The translations under genes and the position numbers were made by a program. The notes below the pieces were generated by a model. The model was not told the origin of the DNA. It saw only the letters and a program-made list of their open reading frames with translations, and ran no database searches. From Microcystis aeruginosa NIES-2549 (lineage in GTDB: Bacteria; Cyanobacteriota; Cyanobacteriia; Cyanobacteriales; Microcystaceae): DNA of 32,000 nucleotides. The stretch spans positions 1,140,001 to 1,172,000 of the forward strand of contig NZ_CP011304.1 in assembly GCF_000981785.2 (NCBI RefSeq). The letters are read 5' to 3'. Shown here piece by piece: positions 25,541 through 32,000 of this stretch (the first letter of the stretch is position 1; the number at the start of each line of letters is the position of its first letter).

Positions 25541-27838
25541 ATGAACGCCATCACTGCCATCCAACCAGAAACCCTCACCGCCCTTCCCCGGGCCACGGAA
25601 CCGAAAAAAGCGTTAGTTTTACCCGATTGGCTGAAAGAATGCCTAATTACCTACGAAAACGACCCCCAGAATCCCGATAGCGATTTAATCTGTCGGGCCT
25701 TTAATTTCGCCCACAAACTCCACGAGGGCCAGTATCGCAAATCCGGGGAACCCTATATCGCCCATCCCATAGCTGTAGCGGGATTACTGCGGGATCTGGG
25801 GGGTGATGGGGCAATGATCGCGGCGGGATTCCTTCACGATGTGGTGGAAGATACGGAAGTCACCCCCGAAGAAATCGAGGCTAGATTCGGTGTCGAGGTG
25901 CGTAATTTGGTGGAAGCGGTGACAAAACTCTCCAAATTCAACTTTTCTAGTAAAACTGAACGGCAGGCGGAGAATTTTCGCCGAATGTTCCTGGCGATGG
26001 CTCAAGATATCCGCGTCATCGTGGTCAAATTAGCCGATCGCCTGCACAATATGCAAACCCTCGAACACCTTAACCCGCAACAGCAGCAACGCATCGCCCT
26101 CGAAACTAGAGAAATCTTTGCTCCTCTGGCTAACCGTTTAGGGATTGGGCGATTTAAATGGGAATTAGAAGATTTATGCTTTAAATACCTCGAACCCGAT
26201 GCTTATCGCACCGTGCAGTTATTGGTATCGGAAAAACGTATCGATCGAGAGGCCCGCATCGAAACCGTCACTAACACATTGCGGGAAAAATTGCAAGAAA
26301 TTGGCATAAAAGTTCTTGATTTACAGGGTCGCCCCAAACATCTCTACGGCATCTATCATAAAATGCACAATCAAGGCAAAGAATTCGAGCAGATTTATGA
26401 TATCGCCGCCGTCCGCATTATCGTCGAAACTAAAGAGGAATGTTATCGTTGTTTAGCCGTAGTTCATGACCAATTTACTCCGATTCCTAACCGTTTTAAA
26501 GACTATATCGGTTTACCAAAAGCTAACCGTTATCAATCCCTCCATACTACCGTTGTTGGTTTAAATGCCCGTCCCCTAGAAGTGCAGATTCGCACCCTAG
26601 AAATGCACCATGTTGCTGAATACGGGATTGCCGCCCATTGGAAGTATAAAGAAACTGGTTCTAGTCAAACAACTTTAACCGCCGCCGATGAAAAATTCGC
26701 TTGGTTGCGTAATCTTCTTGACTGGCAAAAAGACCTTAAAGATGGTCAAGAATACATGGATGGCCTGAAAAATAATTTCTTTGAAGAAGATATCTATGTT
26801 TTCACCCCCAAAGGTGATGTGGTGGCCCTGGCCCAAGGCGCAACACCGGTAGATTTTGCCTATCATATTCATAGCGAAGTAGGTAATCAGATGAAAGGGG
26901 CAAGGATTAATGGTAAATGGTCAGTTCTTGATGCTCCCTTGCAAAATGGTGATCTGGTGGAAATTCTCACCAGCAAGAATAGTCACCCTAGTTTAGATTG
27001 GTTAAATTTTGTCGTTACTCCTAGCGCCAGAAATCGCATCCGGCAATGGTACAAAAAATCGCGACGAGAAGAAAATATTAGCCGGGGTCGTGATTTATTA
27101 GAGAAAGAATTGGGTAAAACTGGCTTCGATGCCCTGCTGAAATCGGAACGAATGCAATCGGTGGCTAAACAGTGCAATTATGTGGCAGTAGATGATTTAT
27201 TGGCGGCTTTGGGTTACGGCGAACTTACCCTAAAAAATGTGGTTAATCGTCTGCAAGAAGCGGTTAAAAATCAACAGGAAATTTTAACGGTCAAAAATCC
27301 GCCCGATGTCCTGACTGATTCCCAATTGATTCTACCACCTTCTCCCGTTCAAAGGGCTTTACCTGTTACTAAATCACCGATCGCCGGTGTGGAGGGATTA
27401 GTCTATCGTTTAGCCGGTTGTTGTTGTCCTTTACCAGGAGAAAATATTACTGGTATAGTCGCCCACGCGGGGGAAGGTATTGTTATTCACCGTCAGGGCT
27501 GCTCGAATGTGGAAAAAGCCGAAGCTGAACGCTTAATTCCTGTTAGTTGGAACCCCGTAGATGAGCAGGGACGTTATCCAACTTATCCGGTAAATATTCA
27601 GATTGAAGTGATCGATCGCGTTGGGGTTTTAAAAGATATTCTCTCTCGTTTAAGTGACCAAAATATTAACGTTCGCAATGCCGGAGTTAAGACTAATTTC
27701 GGTAAACCCGCTTTAATTTCCCTGAAAATTGAAGTAAAAGACCTGCAACAATTTGAACGCTGTGTTACTCAAATTAAGCTGATGAGCGATGTTTTAAACG
27801 TTCGTCGCATCAGTCAGGTAAAAAGCGATCGAGAGTAG
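25541..27838 (+). CDS. spoT: Bifunctional (p)ppGpp synthetase/hydrolase (RelA/SpoT homologue)
   Basis: HD hydrolase motifs HPIAVAGLL and LHDVVEDT. Synthetase motifs GRPKHLYGIYHKM and YQSLHTTV. TGS region IYVFTPKGDVVAL...GATPVDFAYHIH. C-terminal ACT-like domain IEVIDRVGVLKDI. Confidence 0.95.
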   Translation: MNAITAIQPETLTALPRATEPKKALVLPDWLKECLITYENDPQNPDSDLICRAFNFAHKLHEGQYRKSGEPYIAHPIAVAGLLRDLGGDGAMIAAGFLHDVVEDTEVTPEEIEARFGVEVRNLVEAVTKLSKFNFSSKTERQAENFRRMFLAMAQDIRVIVVKLADRLHNMQTLEHLNPQQQQRIALETREIFAPLANRLGIGRFKWELEDLCFKYLEPDAYRTVQLLVSEKRIDREARIETVTNTLREKLQEIGIKVLDLQGRPKHLYGIYHKMHNQGKEFEQIYDIAAVRIIVETKEECYRCLAVVHDQFTPIPNRFKDYIGLPKANRYQSLHTTVVGLNARPLEVQIRTLEMHHVAEYGIAAHWKYKETGSSQTTLTAADEKFAWLRNLLDWQKDLKDGQEYMDGLKNNFFEEDIYVFTPKGDVVALAQGATPVDFAYHIHSEVGNQMKGARINGKWSVLDAPLQNGDLVEILTSKNSHPSLDWLNFVVTPSARNRIRQWYKKSRREENISRGRDLLEKELGKTGFDALLKSERMQSVAKQCNYVAVDDLLAALGYGELTLKNVVNRLQEAVKNQQEILTVKNPPDVLTDSQLILPPSPVQRALPVTKSPIAGVEGLVYRLAGCCCPLPGENITGIVAHAGEGIVIHRQGCSNVEKAEAERLIPVSWNPVDEQGRYPTYPVNIQIEVIDRVGVLKDILSRLSDQNINVRNAGVKTNFGKPALISLKIEVKDLQQFERCVTQIKLMSDVLNVRRISQVKSDRE

Positions 27839-28106
27839 GTTAAACCTAGAATTCCTGCTGATACTCAATACTAAATCTGGTTGACACAAACCACTTTTAA
27901 GGTCTTAGAGAACGGGGACAAACAATCCAAAACCTAAAATTTTCAGTTCTGACTGCATAACCCATCAGCAGCCAAAAATAGACATGGATTGTTTCTCCCT
28001 GCTCCGATGCTCGCCACTCTGCCATCCCTTTTAAACAGAATTTATAGAGTTGCGTAGTTTGTAAATGAGTGACATAGTTTTAACTATTTTTAGTTAAGAA
28101 AATAGG

Positions 28107-28140
28107 GCATTTCTCATAAAGATGAAGTATAACCAGAAAG
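28107..28140. repeat. Partial copy (5' end only) of the roughly 100-bp dispersed element
   Basis: GGGCATTTCTCATAAAGATGAAGTATAACC matches the first 30 or so nt of copy A at 10112. The similarity stops after TATAACC. Confidence 0.65.
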
Positions 28141-28167
28141 GGTAATGAAAACCTCTATATCAAGGTA

Positions 28168-28320
28168 GTAGGGTTGATTCATGAATCAACCCTACGAATC
28201 AACCCTACGAATCAACCCTACGAATCAACCCTACGAATCAACCCTACGAATCAACCCTACGAATCAACCCTACGAATCAACCCTACGAATCAACCCTACG
28301 AATCAACCCTAGGAATCAAC
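28168..28320. repeat. A second copy of the 28-bp palindrome, with its right arm expanded into a 13-bp tandem array (GAATCAACCCTAC, 10 full copies plus a partial one)
   Basis: The palindrome at 28168-28195 is identical to 8383-8410. 13-mer units start at 28183 and recur every 13 nt through 28300. The unit at 28300 ends in G instead of C. A partial unit lies at 28313-28320. The array produces the spurious track ORF 28174..28431, whose 13-aa period equals 3 x 13 nt. Confidence 0.95.
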
Positions 28321-28354
28321 CCCCCTTATCAAGGGGAGCAGGGGGGATCAAACC
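28321..28354. repeat. A solitary diverged copy of the 44-bp hairpin unit found at 4181-4830
   Basis: CCCCCTTATCAAGGGG-AGCA-GGGGGGATCAAACC compares with the array unit CCCCCTTATCAAGGGGG-ATTTA-GGGGGATCAAACC. It is fused directly to the end of the 13-bp array. Confidence 0.85.
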
Positions 28355-28457
28355 TAAAATCCATTTTTAATTTAATTATAACCAGCTACTTAGGGTTTTC
28401 TGAAAAAGTTTTTACTGGAGGCAGGGTGTAGAATAAAATTTCCCGGAAGCAATCTTT

Positions 28458-31451
28458 TTAATGTCTCATCGCTTCTATTATTTTCATGGTTTCGACGCTG
28501 ACAGTACAGACTCTTTGTAGTAAGTCAATTACTGTTTCTTTATAATCGGCGAAGCGATAATTATTAAATCTTTCGGCGATGGTTTTATCTTTGGGTTTCT
28601 TTTCCTTATATTGATCTAATATCCATTCTAGGGCCGAACGATTACCGAGTTTATATTCCCAAGCAATTTTGGGAATATCTTGTAGGAAAGTGATATCATC
28701 AAGGTTGATGTAATTTTTTTCTCGGTCAGCTTTTAGTTTGGTTTTGGGTTTGAGGTTATTATTAGTATCAATGCGGGTTAGTGGGTAGGGTGCGACGGTT
28801 TCATAGTTGATGTGTAATTCCATTAGTTTGCTTCCCCATTCTACCCATTGAGAGAAGTTATCATAAAAGGGAAGTCGCGGAAATTCTCGCTTAAGATTTA
28901 ATTCGTATTTACTGCGATATTCCGGGTAGTGGAGGACTGCATAAGTGTAGTGGAAGATATCGAGTTTGGTGATGGTTTTATCGTTGTAATGTTTTTGGAA
29001 TTGCTGCAATCCCCAATCGGTGATATTATCGATACGGTTTCCTTCTTTGTCGTAGTAGTAAAGAGGGAGACATTGGGTACTACCCCCACTAACTAGCAAA
29101 CAAGCAAGATCAATAATATGATTTGATACAAGAGATACAAATTTGTCTGAACCGACATTTAAGCCAATTATGATATTATTAAATTCATTGTTAAAAATAT
29201 TAAACCATTGATAAGTCATTCCGTTGAAATGCTTGTCAAAATAGAGCCATTGTTTTGTGTATGGACGATAATAACTCATCAACATATTAGCATCGTTAAA
29301 TACTTTTGAGATTCTTTGAGAAAGATACTTAGTTAATTCTCGATCCCACTTAATCTGATTTCTTCCTTGATAATTTTCATCTTTAAAAGTTCTCTGATAA
29401 ACATCTACAAAAAACATCATCTTTGCTTCTAGTTTATCTCTTGAAAAATCATAAACCCACTCATCTCGCTGAGTTTTAAGTCCTGACGAAAACAACTTAA
29501 ACACAGCTTTCTCAGACTTGCCACTTTTTACCTCCTTATCAATCAAGGGTAGCAGTTGATTAAAGTCATTATCTGATTGATTGAGCCAATTATGTTTTTT
29601 ATCTGGGATGATATGCTCAAAATCAAGCTGATTAAGTTTTGTCGATGACAAAAACTCTAATTTTTGCGCTGCTGTATCCAATTCAGGACGGCGAGTATAT
29701 AAAATTCGACAAGGAAGATTATTACTTTCTCGCTTCACAATCAAACTAATCGCCACCCCCGTCTGAATACCGAAAACATTATGAGTTGTCCCTGAAAGTT
29801 TAGGATTTTTCCTGACATTACCACCTAAATCAATGATATAAATTTCACTAAACTCATTCTCTACTACTTTTCTAAATCCATCATAAGCCAACGCATCGAT
29901 AAAAGAAGAGTTAGATACAAAAGCAATGATACCATTTTTATTTAATCGATCAGAAGCCCAACGAATAAAACGAGTGTACATATCATAGACGACAATTTGA
30001 TTCTGTGCCTTACCTTCTTTGACATAACTATATTTAATGCGCTTGTCAATCTCTTCATAACTTCGATTTGCATTATCTTGATTAAAATTATCCTGCTTGG
30101 CATTATAAGGAGGATTACCAATAATTACAGAAATATTGCGGTCATTTTGATTGTGAATCCGTTGGGTATTCTCCGCCGACATAGCAAACAAATCCATCTG
30201 CTTGATATTAGAAGAAGCATGGTCCAGGGTATCGACAAAACAGATATGCTCAAACTCCTCATACTCACCCATCTTCTGCTTATAGGTGAACTCAATATTC
30301 AAATTCGCAATATAATAAGGCAGAATTGCCACCTCATTACAGTGCATCTCATGCTTATACTTGTACCGTAACTTATCCTTCGGTAAATACTCAATCAACT
30401 CCGTTACAAAAGTTCCTGTCCCCGTCGCCGGATCTAAAATTTCTACTCCTGGATCCGCCAACAACTTCCTAAAATGCTTGTGGACTAAATAATCGACACT
30501 TTCAATCATAAAACGGACAATTTCATTGGGTGTATAGACAATTCCCAACCGGTCCGCCGCTTTCGGATTGTATGCTTTATAAAAATTCTCATAAATCGCC
30601 TTGAGAAACTTCTGCTTTTCGTGGTGGTTATAAATATTCGCCGCCGTCCGCCGAATTACCGCATAATAACGTTCAATAGTCCCTAAAGTATTGCGCTTGG
30701 TATTACCAGTAAAGAAAGTTTCAATCACTCCCTGTAATTCCCTGGCGATATTATTTTCCCGGTGAAACTGGGACTCATTAAAAATATTGATAAAAATATC
30801 CTCTGTCAAGATGTGCTGAATAATCATCTCTCGCACATCTTCCAGACTAATTTCTGGATTGATTGACTTGCGACAAATCTCTAAAAATTTGTCCCGCGCT
30901 GTCACAAAATTACGATTCGTCTCCGATTGTCGCGCAATTAAACCCCGCAACGCTTCTAAAATTGTTGGTAAATCTTCCTTAAAACTATCAATCGCCTCTC
31001 GAAAATCCTCAACCTCCGGACGTACATAATTAATAAAAGCATTAATAATCCCATCCAAAGCCTCATCATCGCGCATGGAGACGCGCAGTCTTTCCTCTCC
31101 TCCTTGAATTAAAACCGCCGTCTGGGAGTCTTCAAATAAAATATTGTCATTAGGGTAGCCTTTCGCTAACTTTTTCTCAATTTCCTCGTCTAAATTATCG
31201 TATTGATCCTTACTTTCCCAATAACCCCAATCTAACCGTAAAGCATCCTTTACCGTCCCGTCAGGATAGACAACTTTTCCCGACTTAGTGCGATAATCCA
31301 ACTCCGGAATTAACAAAAAATCCCGCGCCTTGCAATAGTCATTTAATAAATTCTGAAAAGCGACTCTAATCGAAGTTTCCTTGCGACTGCCGCCATATTG
31401 GACAATCTTCTCAACTTCCGCCTGATACTGGCTGATTAATAATCTAGACAT
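28458..31451 (-). CDS. Candidate single-polypeptide type IIG/IIL restriction-modification enzyme: N-terminal PD-(D/E)xK nuclease motif, gamma-class N6-adenine MTase and C-terminal specificity region
   Basis: ATG at 31449-31451. P63-D64...E79-S-K81 (YPDGTVKDALRLDWGYWESKD; nt 31209-31265) is a PD-X14-ExK pattern. Motif I is ILDPATGTGTFVTE (about 30409-30440) and motif IV is IGNPPYN (NPPY at 30105-30116). The 997-aa size is in the range of Eco57I/MmeI-type enzymes. The gene is AT-rich: a hand count of 29101-29160 gave 18/60 G+C. Confidence 0.7.
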   Translation of the reverse strand: MSRLLISQYQAEVEKIVQYGGSRKETSIRVAFQNLLNDYCKARDFLLIPELDYRTKSGKVVYPDGTVKDALRLDWGYWESKDQYDNLDEEIEKKLAKGYPNDNILFEDSQTAVLIQGGEERLRVSMRDDEALDGIINAFINYVRPEVEDFREAIDSFKEDLPTILEALRGLIARQSETNRNFVTARDKFLEICRKSINPEISLEDVREMIIQHILTEDIFINIFNESQFHRENNIARELQGVIETFFTGNTKRNTLGTIERYYAVIRRTAANIYNHHEKQKFLKAIYENFYKAYNPKAADRLGIVYTPNEIVRFMIESVDYLVHKHFRKLLADPGVEILDPATGTGTFVTELIEYLPKDKLRYKYKHEMHCNEVAILPYYIANLNIEFTYKQKMGEYEEFEHICFVDTLDHASSNIKQMDLFAMSAENTQRIHNQNDRNISVIIGNPPYNAKQDNFNQDNANRSYEEIDKRIKYSYVKEGKAQNQIVVYDMYTRFIRWASDRLNKNGIIAFVSNSSFIDALAYDGFRKVVENEFSEIYIIDLGGNVRKNPKLSGTTHNVFGIQTGVAISLIVKRESNNLPCRILYTRRPELDTAAQKLEFLSSTKLNQLDFEHIIPDKKHNWLNQSDNDFNQLLPLIDKEVKSGKSEKAVFKLFSSGLKTQRDEWVYDFSRDKLEAKMMFFVDVYQRTFKDENYQGRNQIKWDRELTKYLSQRISKVFNDANMLMSYYRPYTKQWLYFDKHFNGMTYQWFNIFNNEFNNIIIGLNVGSDKFVSLVSNHIIDLACLLVSGGSTQCLPLYYYDKEGNRIDNITDWGLQQFQKHYNDKTITKLDIFHYTYAVLHYPEYRSKYELNLKREFPRLPFYDNFSQWVEWGSKLMELHINYETVAPYPLTRIDTNNNLKPKTKLKADREKNYINLDDITFLQDIPKIAWEYKLGNRSALEWILDQYKEKKPKDKTIAERFNNYRFADYKETVIDLLQRVCTVSVETMKIIEAMRH

Positions 31452-31511
31452 GGGCTTAGAGGAGGTAAATTAAGTAGTTAGTCGTACAAAATTAATTTCT
31501 TGGTTAGGAGA

Positions 31512-31543
31512 GGCAAAAGGCAAAAGGCAAAAGGCAAAAGGCA
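31512..31543. repeat. (GGCAAAA)n heptanucleotide array, about 4.6 copies
   Basis: A perfect tandem array about 60 nt upstream of the type IIG-like gene start, on the minus strand. Confidence 0.9.
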
Positions 31544-31592
31544 GTTCCTTCCTGTCTTCGTAGTTTTTTCCACTCCCTCGCCAGCAGGACTA

Positions 31593-31632
31593 TATCCTAG
31601 AATACATTTTACCCAGCAAACCCAAGAGAGCC
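31593..31632 (-). repeat. A second copy of the 40-nt conserved element (GGCTCTCTTGGGTTTGCTGGGTAAAATGTATTCTAGGATA on the minus strand)
   Basis: 36 of 40 positions are identical to 14657-14696. It lies between the tRNA-Pro 3' end and the type IIG-like gene and is co-oriented with that gene. Confidence 0.8.
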
Positions 31633-31662
31633 TATTTTGCCTCTCCCCTTGATTGTCTTTAA

Positions 31663-31736
31663 TCGGGATGACAGGATTCGAACCTGCGGCCCCTTCGTCC
31701 CGAACGAAGTGCGCTACCAAGCTGCGCTACATCCCG
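31663..31736 (-). tRNA. tRNA-Pro (anticodon CGG)
   Basis: Manual cloverleaf on the minus strand: CGGGATG-TA-GCGC-AGCTTGGTA-GCGC-A-CTTCG-TTCGGGA-CGAAG-GGGCC-GCAGG-TTCGAAT-CCTGT-CATCCCG. The anticodon loop is UU-CGG-GA with G37. CCA is not encoded. Track ORF 31478..31720 overlaps it and is spurious. Confidence 0.9.
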
Positions 31737-31837
31737 AAAATTTTCAGCTAAATCATCATAGCATATTCGGCCTTGAGTGGGTCGAGACTTGCTAGGATAT
31801 TAGGGATATAGGCAAAAATTATCGGAGTAGTTCAGGC

Positions 31838-32000
31838 GTGACGGTAAAACCAGAGTGGTTACGGGTAAAAGCACCGCAATGGCAGCGAGTCGGCAGTGTT
31901 AAGGAAGTTTTACGCGATTTAGGCTTAAATACCGTTTGTGAGGAGGCTTCCTGTCCCAATATCGGCGAATGTTTCCACGCGGGGACGGCTACCTTTTTAA
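31838..32000 (+). CDS. lipA: Lipoyl synthase LipA, N-terminal 54 codons; 3' end lies outside the window
   Basis: The frame from GTG 31838 reads [66 protein letters not shown] is the LipA auxiliary-cluster C-X4-C-X5-C motif. GGAG lies about 11 nt upstream. An in-frame TAG at 31793-31795 limits any upstream extension. Confidence 0.85.
   Translation, partial: MTVKPEWLRVKAPQWQRVGSVKEVLRDLGLNTVCEEASCPNIGECFHAGTATFL

Noticed and set aside
28174-28431. Track ORF encoding a protein with the 13-aa repeat ESTLRINPTNQPY.
   Set aside because: The periodicity is an artefact of translating a 13-bp DNA tandem repeat (3 x 13 nt = 13 codons). The ORF runs through the palindrome and the hairpin relic and has no independent coding signal.
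31478-31720. An 80-aa minus-strand ORF.
   Set aside because: It overlaps tRNA-Pro and runs through the GGCAAAA array and the 40-nt element, so it is spurious.
1-32000. Absence of HIP1 (GCGATCGC) in the accessory genes as evidence of foreign origin.
   Set aside because: By eye I found only eight exact HIP1 sites in 32 kb: near 504, 8566, 11415, 13184, 16005, 16403 and 24666, plus none in 853-8324 or 28458-31451. At that density, zero sites in a 3-7.5-kb stretch is not statistically compelling. I treat it as a weak hint only.

Overview
This window is a cyanobacterial chromosome segment. It carries eight exact HIP1 palindromes (GCGATCGC) and many heptanucleotide STRR-like arrays. The repeat style resembles Microcystis, but that is an inference only. 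All functional calls come from reading motifs in the supplied translations; no homology search was run.

Housekeeping genes:
- a 3' fragment of an aldehyde/succinate-semialdehyde dehydrogenase
- surE
- an ABC-3 metal permease
- NTRC (thioredoxin reductase fused to thioredoxin)
- a HAD hydrolase
- two ABC ATPases
- a short PBP4-like serine hydrolase
- an M48 protease
- bifunctional RelA/SpoT
- tRNA-Arg(CCG) and tRNA-Pro(CGG)
- the 5' end of lipA

Accessory content:
1. At 853-8324, a gene for a single-HKD PLD nuclease fused to an SNF2-type ATPase is followed by a 1138-aa gamma-class N6-adenine methyltransferase with no recognisable nuclease motif. A 650-bp hairpin-bearing tandem repeat array separates the two genes. 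This is my best candidate for an uncharacterised restriction or DISARM-like defence module.
2. At 28458-31451, a separate 997-aa single-polypeptide candidate combines a PD-X14-ExK nuclease motif with an NPPY methyltransferase (type IIG/IIL-like).
3. An AT-rich islet holds a lipase-like alpha/beta hydrolase and a Uma2 endonuclease.
4. A glycosyltransferase pair lies next to an orphan RHH antitoxin-like ORF.

Both methyltransferase loci lie beside a tRNA gene and share two otherwise unusual repeat families: a 28-bp perfect palindrome and the 44/45-bp hairpin unit. I saw no integrase, transposase or CRISPR array.
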